Shown: one piece after another, positions 1 to 11,538 of the stretch
How the letters are laid out: each line of letters begins with the position of its first letter
How positions within the stretch are numbered: the first letter of the stretch is position 1
DNA from: Geosiphon pyriformis uo1
Lineage: Eukaryota > Fungi > Glomeromycota
Length of the DNA: 64,000 bases
Reading direction: 5' to 3'
NCBI GenBank assembly: GCA_016748015.1
Contig: JAAOMT010000295.1
Location: forward strand, 124,001-188,000
The notes under the pieces: model-generated
Told to the model about the DNA's origin: nothing
The model's input: only the letters and a program-made list of their open reading frames with translations
Databases searched by the model: none
Position numbers and translations under genes: made by a program

Positions 1-1380
1 GACATTGTTCAACATCAGATCCATACAGGAGATGTTCCACCAAAATGTTAAAAAGCTTATTGAGTGCCATTTGCCAACCACCAATTCATCAGAGAAGAGA
101 TCCAAAAAATGCTCAATAATGGATTGATTCAACCATCAAGAAGTCCTTGGGCCTCACCAGTAGTTTTAGTTAAAAAGAAAAACGGAAAAATCAGATTCTG
201 TGTTAATTATAGATAACTGAATAGTATTACAATTGGAGATGCCTATTCTCTTCCAAGAATTGATGACATGCTAGATGTTCTAAAAAAAGCCAAGTTTTTC
301 TCAACTTTAGACTTGGAAAGTGGATACTGCCAAGTCGAAATGGACCCAAAAGACCGACCCAAAACAGCATTTACCACCCAGGGAGGAAACTATGAGTTCA
401 ATGTTATGCTTTTTAAACTCTGCAATGCACCAACAACATTCTAGCAACTCATGGATGTTGTATATAAAGGATTTTTGTGGCAATCAGTAGTTGTCTATCT
501 TGATAACACTGATGTATACTTACCAAGCTTTGAGACTCATCTTATCCACCTGTGAAAAGTTTTTCAATAATTACGGAAAGCAAAATTAAAGTTAAACATT
601 GAAAAATGTCATTTTGAAAAAACAAGCTTAATCTTCTTCAGACACATTGTTAGCAAAAATGGAGTCAAACCAAATCCTGGAACAATCAGTGCTGTCAAAA
701 ACTTTCAAACTCCCAGAAATACCACAGAACTACAAGGATTTGTAGGATTAGTCTTTTACTATTAAAAATTTATAAAAAGATTCTCAAAAATTGCCAAACT
801 ACTCAATTATCTTACCAACAAAAATGTACTATACAAATGAACTGAAGAACAACAAAAAGCTTTTGAAACTCTCAAAACAAAATTGACAACAGCCCTAGTT
901 CTTGCTTACTCAGACTTCAATAAATGATTCCAATTAGCCATTGATGCTTTACACATAGCATTTGGTGCCATTTAATCACAATTGGATGAAAATGGCCAGG
1001 AACAAGTTATCGCCTATGTTAGCAGAACACTCAAGCCAACAGAACTCAAATATGGCTCAACTGAATTGGAAGCCACTGCAGTCATCTGGGCTCTTAAACA
1101 CTTTCAACAATACCTGAAGAATAGAAAAAAATTTAACATAATATTTGACAATATTGGCCTCAAATGGCTTAATAAAAAGAAAACTGAACAAAGTGCCAAA
1201 CAGTCTCAATGGAATAACTTCCTAGCAGACTACAGATACATTGTACATCACAAACCAGGAAAACTACACACCAATGTTGATAGCCTCTCAAGAATGAGAC
1301 AATATTAATACTAATATCAACACCAACAAAACACCAACAAACTTAACAGCAGAACAAACAACAAAATCAACAACAATAGA
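1..1380 (+). mobile_element. Ty3/Gypsy family-A-like pol fragment (RT + RNase H), truncated at the start of the integrase ORF
   Basis: Degenerate RT (SPWASPVVLV, YLDN at 496-507) and RNase H (ELEATAVIWALKHF...DSLSRMRQY*, stop 1306-1308). Close to 6940-8300. Joins LINE ORF1 sequence near 1380. Confidence 0.9.
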
Positions 1381-1627
1381 TCCAGAAGACTGTAGACACA
1401 GGAGCAGAGATACTATCAAGATCTAAGAGTTCATGAAGAGAGAGATTAGGATCAGATCCAAAAGGAATACCACTAGAAGACTTAAAGAGTGAGACCATTT
1501 GGGCCCAAGATTTGTTACCAAAAGCAGTAGAGCAAGATATTGGAACACATTTTCTTTCATACAATTTAGCAAGCCGAAAACAAACTTTCTTTGAAGCACC
1601 CTTTCTGTATAATTCCTTAGATGATGG
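1380..1627 (-). pseudogene. LINE ORF1 segment, continuation of the ORF1 at 11539-12777 split by LTR element A1
   Basis: Removing A1 and one TSD gives a continuous minus-strand frame ...ECDILNAIVLP|SSKELYRKGASKKVCFRLAKLYERKCVPIS...KSWAQMV. Confidence 0.8.
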
Positions 1628-2619
1628 TGTTACCAGTAAAATTTTAGCTATTAATTAGCATGAAATTACTCTTATAATTCTTATAATTAATTAGTATATT
1701 AATATCATTTCAAATTATCATTTATTATTTAATCAATTATTATATATTACAATTCAATTAAAATAATCTAATTAGTATAACAGAAAGTAAGATAATCAAA
1801 TTACACAATATCCTGAACTTTGTAATATTTTAAAATTTGTTGAAATTTACAGAAATTTGCTGAAATTTATAGAAATTCGCTGAAATTATGAATAGTTCAC
1901 CCAAATTAATCAATAGTTTAGCAAAATAACTTGTAGTTCATTAAAATGTATTTTTAGTTTGCTGAAAGTAGAGCAAAGAGAAAAAGTGCAAGTTCATAGA
2001 CTAATACTACAACAAGTTGTATAAAAAAAGAGCTTTTCTCTTCAAGAAAATGTATCTTATTTTAGATTTATCACTTAGAACCATTTCTACACACACAAAA
2101 AGAAATAAATATCAAATAATTTAAAAAACCAAATTCTTTAATTATTTTACTTGAAAAATCCCCAAAACCCAACTAATGTTTTGAAATTAATTAGCTACCA
2201 ATTTCAGTAAACTGTTAGTGACTCTAGGCCTGGATAAAAAAACGTTTCCCTTGACAGAATTCAATTTTTTTTATATTTCTTTTATTTTTCTTTTATTTTC
2301 TTATTATAATTATTAAGGTAGCCTACAGACAAAATTCCTGTAGAAGAGTTGACTTTCACAGCAAAATAACTACACATTTTTAGTGAGCTTCCAGATGAGC
2401 AATTCCTGGGAAAGAGTTGATATTTACTACAATGTAACTACATAAAGTAACTGGTACAGAATTGGCCATTCTACTTATAAGCCAGCAAGTTCAAATTATA
2501 GAAGATAATTTGAAAATAAATTCAGTTATTGGAGGTTCAACTACTTCTAAAAAACGTGAATTTGCAACCAACAAACATTTACAACATTCAAAAAAAGAGA
2601 CCAAAAACCTCCAGTAATA
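1628..2619 (+). repeat. 5' LTR of A1
   Basis: Starts TGTTACCA, ends CCAGTAATA (CA mutated). Direct repeat of 10522-11534. Confidence 0.95.
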
Positions 2620-2621
2620 TT

Positions 2622-2633
2622 TGGTGCTCTTCC
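2622..2633 (+). promoter_or_regulatory. Primer binding site of A1
   Basis: TGGTGCTCT.. 2 nt after the LTR end, complementary to a tRNA 3' end (..GAGCACCA). tRNA identity not established. Confidence 0.75.
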
Positions 2634-2666
2634 ATGGAAATAATACAGCAAACAACAAACTTCAAA

Positions 2667-5600
2667 GTGGCAACCACACCAGATACAACAACTCTAGAGT
2701 ATTATCAGTCAATTTACATCCATTGCAAGTAGAGATTCAACATTCCAAACGGAATTGAAATTGTTGAAAGAACACTCTACCAATACATTGAAAACCATAT
2801 CAACAATTATCTTCTTGAAAATTACAACATTTCAAAAGTGAAAAGCAACCTCTACAATAATCTAGTACACTATTCACAATTGAGAACTGAAGACCTTAAT
2901 AGTGAAACACTTGCCACCTACTTTTAAGAACTCAATTACAACATTATTAAGTATTGTGAAGAAAAATACCTAGTACAGTCTAAATACTTTTTTGACTTTG
3001 AATCAGAAACAGAAACAGACAACAAAAACAAACAAAAAGTGAAACAACACTCAAAAACCACTCCAAACACTCCAATACTACCAAAGACAACTGCCAAACA
3101 CTTGCAAACACCTGAACAAGGAACCAGTGTCAAATTACTACTTTTTATCACACTATTTCCAATTTCACTTGTTCGACCACAAACACCAAATTCACCACTT
3201 AACCATTTCTCCAGACCAAAAGATTTTCAGTTACCTAGAAATCCTACTCAACAGCAGAAACCTATATTAACAAGCACCAATATTATTGAATACTTGCAGG
3301 AAAACGAAAGTGATCATTTAGAAAATTTGGAAAGTGAAGAAACTGAATCAGAACAAAGAGAAAATGGCAACTGCTTACATTGCAAAAATTCCAGAATTCA
3401 CGGGTGAAAATAATGATACCAGTCCTCAAGAATGGCTTGACAAAGTTCAAAAAGCAGAAGATAAAAATGGTTGGATTGCAGCAAGAATGCTTAAAGCAAT
3501 TCCCTACTTTCTCCAAAGAACAGCAGGAGAATGGTTTGAAAATTTAGAAGAACCATTTGAGAACTGACAAGCATTCAAAGATGCTTTCTTACAACAATTC
3601 ACTGACAACAACACCTCTATTACTCTCCGCAATTGCTTTCACAATATCAAACAAGAAACATCTGAAACTGTTATGACCTATCTTGGAAGATTTAACAAAC
3701 TTCTCAAACAAATTTGACAATTGGAAACCAATAACTACTATTCTAATGCTCAAATTCTGGATCAGTTTATAGCAGAGTTAAAAGACAAACTGATTAAGAA
3801 AGTCTGTCCACATGCTCCAGCAGACTTAGCAACTGCTATTAAACATGCAAAGAGCTATAAAATGGCAATGGAAGAAGCAAATCACACCAAGCTTGTAAAC
3901 CTTGCAATTGGAGAAACCAGCTCAGCAGCTGAAGAGAAAATAAACCAACTCACAAAAAAGATTGAAAGCTACTTTACAAACCAACAACAACAGCAACAAC
4001 AACCACAAAGATATCAACCTCCACAACAATGCAACCAAAACAATTTTGAATTACCATCCAACAACCAACCTCAAAATTGTCATTATTTTGGAATTCCAGG
4101 ATACTGGAAACAAGATTGTAGGAAATTACAAAGAGACCAACAAAACAGGAGTAATCAACATTACTCTTCACTACAACAATCTTATTACCAATCTCCACCA
4201 CCAATCTATTATTCACCAAGACCACAAAATCAAAACAGTTACTATCTACCAGCTCTACAACCAATGCAGCAACAATATCAACAACCTTTACCAATTCAGC
4301 CATATCAGACACCACCCACTCAACAATATCAAGTACCAGCAAGAAAATTGGTTTAACATAACCAATTCACACTCCAAAATCAATTGCAGAGTAACAACAA
4401 CAGAATTAATCCAAATAACCAGTTGGTTCCCCGAAATTCTGGTCAGCAAAGACCCAATCTCTATCACACTCAACCCAGTTATTTTACAATACCAGAAGAA
4501 TCGGATTTTCAACAAACTGTACTTTCTGAAAGTGAAGTTACAGCACCAAGATCAAACCCTTCCAACCACACCATTCCACTAGCTCAAATTGTCCAAAATG
4601 CCAATCTGTCAAATATATTTCCATTTGTATTTGAAGCAAATGAATCACCATTTCTGCTTAGTAATGCAGCAGTCAATGAACAAAAAACAATTACTGCTAT
4701 GTACACAAAAGCTACAGTAGAAGGAAAACCCATTCACTTAATCTTAGATAGTGGATTGGCTGGAAGTATCATTACTTACCAGCTGATGCAACAACTCAAA
4801 TGAAATGTAGACAGACCAGCTCAAACAGTTATTGTCACAGCTGATGGTAGAAAAAAAACTCCAGTAGAAAAAATTGATGATTTCCCCTTTACAATTGATG
4901 GAATCACTATTTCAGTTAAAGTTCTTGTTATGGATGCACCCCAATACCAAGGTCTAATCGGAAATGATTGGCTTTTTAAGGCCAATACAAACCTGAACTG
5001 AAAAACTCAAGAAATTAAAATCTCATACCAAGGACAATATATCATAGTACTTGCAACCTGTGGTATCTTTACCAAATGATCAGAAAAAGCTCCAGTATTT
5101 GAATTTGAAGAAGAGAAGGAAATGCCACTCACTGAAACCTACATGGCTCTTGAATCACCATCCAATTGGGCTGAGAAAACAGAACAAGAGATTTTTGAAG
5201 AATCAAGAGGATGGAAGAAAGTTAGATATTCCATACCAGAACCACAAAAAAAACCACCACACATTCCACTAAAATGCAAAAATTGCAAAAAGAAGCTTTC
5301 ATCTATAGGAGCCTGTATTTTTCCAGAAGAGGAATACAAAACTTGCACTTGTTACTTCTGCAAGACATGCCATAGAGAACGATTTGAATCCCCAAAGAGA
5401 AGTGGAAAATGGGACAAAACTCTTTGTCTTACTTGTAGAGAAAGGCTACCAGAAGAATGCAATTAGATTGATGTAACAATAAGAGGAGGAGTATGTAATC
5501 AGACCTGTCAATATGCTCTATCAATTTCAGAAAAAGTCAGAAGAGGAACACCATTTGATGTAGTATACAACAGTGCTCTCAATAAACTTTACCACTACCC

Positions 5601-8244
5601 TCATGATGCTAAAATGATTTTTGACCTAGCAATGGCATTGATCAATAAAGCCACCCAAAAAAATGTTCACCAAATGAAAGAAACTGAATACATTGAGTAT
5701 ATCATGGAATTAGCTGGATTTGATTATGAAGATGAAGTAGAAACCTACCACCAAAGAAGCTCAAATTCAATAATTAGAGCAAATAAACATTCAATTGTGT
5801 GAAGAATGTGTTATGCCTTGTGATGACCAATAGTGTTTAGAATGTTATGCTCTTAGCATTTCTCTGCCAGATGAAAATGATGAAAATGAAATCGAATTTG
5901 AAGTATCTGAACTAGTAGAAAAACTACCACCCACTCCCATCTATCTTCTTGAAAAACAATCATCTTTACAACTTAATATTTTGACAACAATGGCCAAGGA
6001 ATCAGACCAGAAAAAGCACACGAAATTGATGCTGGATATGACCTAAGATACCCAGGAAAAAATATTTTGATTCTCCAACCAAAGTCCTTAACAAAAATCA
6101 ATTTCAAAATTGCTTTTGAAATTCCACCAGGAGCAATGGTTCAAATTGCCTCCAGATCATCATTGGCAAGCAAAGGAATCAATATTAGAGGAGGAGTTAT
6201 AGATGCAGGATACACTGGAGACATTACCATCATGTTACAGAATGAGACAGACAAACCATTCAAAATTGAACATGCTGAAAAAATTGCTCAAGCAATTTAC
6301 TTACTCTTAATCAACATTTCGGGTTTACAATCAGTAAACAACAGAAAACAATTGGGAAAAAATGAAAGAGAAATTCAAGGTTTTGGTTCAACTAGATGAT
6401 TTACAGTTCCAGAAAACATAGCTCTTAATACACAAAATGAATCTCACCAGATTCTTCAACTTCTCCAGCCAATTACCATTTCACCTTTTGGAAAACATCA
6501 CGAAATTTACACTTGCTCAAAACCTACCACTACACAACAAATCTTTGAATCCAATAAACAAATCTGTTTGAAGCATAAAATCTTAATTCCAAACGTTTAT
6601 ATTCCCAAAGGAATGAAAAAATTTTGAGTTACATTCTACAACCCCAATAATTACCCTATTGTCTTATTAAACAAAGTAGAAATTAGAATTATACACAGCA
6701 ATATCTTTTAAAATAAAAACCCTCAAATTGTCTCTAATTTTATTGAAATTGTAAGGCATACTCTACTCCCAAATCCAAATATTATTCCCACTACTGAAAA
6801 CTACCACTTTTTGGAAAAAAAACTCTCTCGAATCAACATGGGTTCCTTAGAACCTCAACAACAAAGACAATTGAAACAATTGATAGCTGAATTTGCAGAT
6901 ATATTTGCAAAAGACAACAATAATCTGGGAAAAACAGATATAGTTCAACATCAAATCCATACAGAAAATGCTCCACCAAAACATCAGCAAGCTTACAGAG
7001 TGCCATCTGCCAGCCACCAATTCATCAAAAAAGAAGTCCAGAGAATGCTTAATAACGGATTAATTTAACCATCAAGAAGTTCTTGGGCCTTATCAGTAGT
7101 CCTTGTCAAAAAGAAAAATAGAAAAATCAGATTTTGTGTTGACTATTGCCAATTGAACAGTATGACAATTGAAGATGTCTATTCTCTTCTAAGAATTGAT
7201 AACATGTTAGATGCTCTAGGAAAAGCCAAGTTCTTCTCAACTTTAGACTTGGAAAGTAGATACTGACAAGTCGAAATGGATCTAAAAGACTGACCCAAAA
7301 CAGCATTCACTATCCAAGGAGAAAACTATGAGTTTAATGTTATGTCTTTTAGACTCTGCAATGCACCAGCAACATTCTAACGACTTATAGATGTTGTATA
7401 TGAAGGACTCTTATGGCAATCAGTAGTTGTTTATCTTGATAACACTAATGTGTACTCACCAAGCTTCAAAGCCCATTTTATTCATTTGCGAGAAGTTTTT
7501 CAACAATTACGGAAAGCAGAATTGAAGTTGAATATTGAGAAATATCACTTTGGAAAAACAAGCTTAATCTTTCTTAGACACATTGTTAGCAAAGATGGAG
7601 TCAAACCAAACCCTGGAACAATTAGTGTTGTCAAAAACTTCCAAACTTCCAAAAATACTACAGAGCTATAAGGATTTGTAGAATTAGCCTTCTATTATCA
7701 AAAATTCATCAAAGGATTCTCAGAAATTGCCAAACCACTCAATTATCTCACCAATAAAAATGTGCCATACAAATAGACTGAAAAACAACAAAAAGCATTT
7801 GAAACCCTCAAAACAAAGCTGACAATAGTCCCAGTTTTTGCTTACCCAGACTTCAACAAACGATTTTAACTAGCCACTGATGCTTTACACATAACATTTG
7901 GGGCCATCTTATCACAAGTAGATGAAAATGGGCAAGAACAAGTCATCACTTATGCTAATAGAACACTCAAACTAACAAAACTAAAATACAGCTCAACTGA
8001 ATTAGAAGCTGTTGCAGTTATTTGGGCTCTTAAACATTTTCAACAATATCTGAAGAATGAAAAAGAATTTGACATAATAACAAACAACATTGGTTTCAAA
8101 TGGCTCAATAAAAAGAAAATTGAACAAAGTGCCAAACAGTCTTGATGGAATAACTTCCTAGCAGACTACAGATATATTGTACACCACAAACCAGGAAAAC
8201 TACATACCAATGTTGATAGCTTCTCAAGAATGAGACAAGATTAA
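2667..8244 (+). pseudogene. A1 gag-pol: N-terminal extension, Gag (CA + CCHC), aspartic protease, Cys-rich domain, dUTPase, RT, RNase H
   Basis: Motifs IPEFTGE, LDQFIAELK, degenerate knuckle CHYFGIPGYWKQDC, LILDSG, dUTPase GVIDAGYTG and QGFGST, RT and RH motifs. Interrupted by stops and frameshifts. Confidence 0.92.
6010..6399 (+). pseudogene. dUTPase domain within A1 pol
   Basis: All five trimeric dUTPase motifs: AGYDL, RSSLA, GVIDAGYTG, KIAQ, (R)xxQGFGST. Confidence 0.92.
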
Positions 8245-8301
8245 TACTAACAACAATTCTACTACAATTTACCAACTTACCAACAAAATAACCAAACAAG
8301 A

Positions 8302-9687
8302 ATGGATCTCAGAAATTACAGCAATCTTAAAAATTATTTGGAGACCCTTACCATGCCAGAAAACTGGTCTCCAAGTAAAAAACATTGTTTACAACACCAA
8401 TCAAAACAATATTTCATACACCAGAACAAAATCTATTATAAAAATCACAGAAACCCAAACCAACAATTCAGATTAGTACAAGAGAATGAAAAAGAAACAA
8501 TTTTATACAATATGCACACAGATCCGTTTTCAGCACACTTGGGAAGAGATGGAACAATTCAAAGAACTCTTGAACATTATTTTTGGCTTCACATGCAAAA
8601 AAACATTCGACAATATGTAGAATCTTGTGATAGTTGTCAAAGAAGAGGAGGAACTCACCCCACAGAATCTTTAAATCCAATCAAAGTTGGACAACTTTTT
8701 GACAGAGTTGGAATTGATTTAGTCAGACCATTACCTATCACAACCCAAGGAAATTGCTATATTGCAGTAGCAGTAAATTATCTTATCAAATGGCCTAAAG
8801 CTAGAGCCATCCAAAGAGCAGATGCAAAATCAGTAGCAAATTTCATCTATGAAGACATTATTTGTAGACATAAATGCCCAATTGAACTTTTATCTAATCA
8901 AGGAACACATTTTGTGAACAACTTGATACAAAAAATTTGTGAATGGTTCAATGTCAAAAGACCTCTATCATCACCTTATCACTCTCAAACAAATAAACTT
9001 GTAGAACATTTCAACAGAATATTGTGTAAATCTCTAGCCAAAGTCTTAACAGACTTTGAGCAGAAATGAAATATCTTTATTCCATCAGTGTTATTAGCAT
9101 ACAGAACACTAAAACAAGATACTATAAAACACACACTATTTGATCTTACTTATGAAAGGACAGCAATATTACCAATTAATTTTACAGTGGAAACATACCT
9201 AGTGCAACCAATCAATAAAGAAAACTTTAAAAAAACACTCCAAAGAAGGGCCTATACTCTTTTTAGTACACTGGAAGGAAAAAGAAAAATAGCAGCAACT
9301 CATATTGAACATTTCCAAGCTCAACAAAAAGAAAGACATGACAACAAATTACCATCTATTACCAACGAATTTAAAGTTAGAAATAAAGTTTTCTTACACA
9401 GAACTAAGGCTGAAAAACAATGGAGTGGAAAATTTGAAAACAAATGGGATAAACCATTTTATATTCACGAAATTCTAGGCAATGAATCATACAAGTTAAG
9501 ACTTGATAACAAAATACTAGCAAAAGTTGCATATGGAGACAGATTAAAACACTATTATTCCAGAAACAATCCTAAAACATTAATTCCACAAATTGGTACA
9601 CATTTTTTTTTAATTAATCCTGAAGATATTCCCCGAAATTTAAAACCAATAATTATAATAGAACAACAACCAAACTTGAACACTTAA
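8302..9687 (+). pseudogene. A1 integrase, separate ORF with its own ATG
   Basis: HHCC (H..H..CDSC), core GIDLV, NQGTHF, degenerate YHPQTNGLVE, C-terminal W-GPF-like module. No chromodomain seen. Confidence 0.92.
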
Positions 9688-9833
9688 ATTTTACAATAAT
9701 TCTCTAATAAAAACACAAAAACAAAAATAGTAAATAATTACAAAAAACACCCAAACCCAAAAACAAATAAAAACTCCATATCCAAAAAATAATTTTTTTT
9801 ATTCTCTCTTTTCATAAATTAGTCAATTTTATC

Positions 9834-10487
9834 ATGATTATTCCTCGAAATATTCAACAAATATCCCAAAAGTTAATGTTAGCCTTGAAAACACTTCTTG
9901 ACTTATCTATAATGATTAATGGAAGTTAAATTAATTACATTCAGAAAAAAACCACAGTGCCAGTAGCAAATCATTCACAGAACTATCACCCCTATAGAAA
10001 AAAAACAAGAAGTCACTCTGAAAATAAGTTACCAAGACTTTTGAAGCAAGCACTAGAAGAAAATCTTTTAATTGCTCTTATTAACATTCCACCAAATGCT
10101 ACAATGCAACAAAAACTTTTACTACTTCTCAATGAACAGAACAATAAACACACTCTTATCTATAAATACTTTCACATTGGAAAGACACTTTATGAACAAA
10201 AACTGGAACTTGAAGCAACAAATCTTACTCCTGAAGCTATACAAAAACAAATCCACAATGAATTCAAAACAGCAGCTGAACCAACAAACATTCGCTACAA
10301 ACTTAGAACAGCTTTTAGACTCTATGATTTGTTTAATACTTGTGAAAATATTCTACAAAATCCAATACTGCAATCAATAAAAGTCCAATACATTGGCAAA
10401 CTTACAGAACTGAAATTTCAACAATTTTGAGACCAGATTACTTCAATTATTTTGGATCACTATCTCAATATTACAAATAGTGCTTGA
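9834..10487 (+). pseudogene. A1 ORF3, unknown protein between integrase and PPT
   Basis: ATG 9834 is in frame with ORF 9957-10430. Homologous to 63629+ and to B ORF3. 3' end uncertain. Confidence 0.75.
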
Positions 10488-10508
10488 ACTTTAATGGAGC
10501 TTAGTCTT

Positions 10509-10521
10509 GAAAAGAAAATTA
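10509..10521 (+). promoter_or_regulatory. Polypurine tract of A1
   Basis: GAAAAGAAAA directly upstream of the 3' LTR. Confidence 0.7.
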
Positions 10522-11534
10522 TGTTACCAATAGAATTTTAGCTATTAATTAGCATGAAATTACTCTTATAATTCCTATAATTAATTAGTATATTAATATC
10601 ATTTCAAATTATCATTTATTATTTAATCAATTATCACATATCATGATTCAATTAAAATAATCTAATTAGTATAACAGAAAGTAGGATGATCAAATTACAC
10701 AATACTCTGAACTTTGTAACATTCTAAAATTCGCCGAAATTTACAGAAATTCGCCGAAATTTATAAGAAATTTGCCGAAATTTATAGAAATTCGCTGAAA
10801 TTATGAATAGTTCACCCAAATTAATCAATAGTTTAGCGAAATAACTTGTAGTTCATCAAAATATATCTTTAGTTTGCTGAAAGTAGAGCAAAAAAAAAAA
10901 GTGCAAGTTCATAGACTAGTACTACAACAAGTTGTATAAAAGAAGAGCTTTTCTCTTCAAGAAAATGTATCTTACTTTAGATTTATCACTTAGAATCATT
11001 CCTATATACACAAAAAGAAATAAATATCAAATAATTTGAAAAACCAAATTCTTTAATTATTGTACTTGGAAAATTTTCAAAACCCAACTAACATTTTGAA
11101 ATTGATTAGCTACCAATTTCAGTAAACTGTTAGTGACTCCAGGCTTGGATAGAAAACGTTTCCCTTAATAAAATCCTATTTCTTTTATATTTCTTTTATT
11201 TTTATTTTTATTTTCTTATTATAATCATTAAAGTAGCCTACAGACGAGATTCCTATAGAAGAGTTGACTTTTACAGCAAAATAACTACACATTTTTAGTA
11301 AGCTTCCAGACGAGCAATTTCTGGGAAAGAGTTGACATTTACTACAATATAACTACATAAAGTAACTGGCAAGGAATTTGCCATTCCACTTATAAGCTCA
11401 GCAGTTCAAATTATAGGAGATAATTTGAAGATAAATTCAGTTATTGGAGGTTCAAATACTTCTAGAAAATGTAAATTTGCAACCAACAGACAGTTACAAC
11501 ATTCAAAAAAAGAGACCAAAAACCTCCAGTAACA
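10522..11534 (+). repeat. 3' LTR of A1
   Basis: TGTTACCA...CCAGTAACA followed by TSD ATGG. Confidence 0.96.
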
Positions 11535-11538
11535 ATGG

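Larger units (their letters stand above)
1628..11534 (+). mobile_element. Full-length degenerate Ty3/Gypsy LTR retrotransposon, family A copy A1
   Basis: Two ~1 kb LTRs (TGTTAC...GTAACA), TSD ATGG at 1624-1627 and 11535-11538, PBS, PPT, gag-PR-dUTPase-RT-RH, integrase and ORF3. Many stops. Confidence 0.97.

Noticed and set aside
2529-2732. LTR-initiated ORF MEVQLLL... leading into gag
   Set aside because: It starts at TTG, and its frame relative to gag differs between A1 and A3.
3974-4342. Antisense Val-rich ORFs (also 57839-58135)
   Set aside because: Shadows of CAA-rich Gag codons.
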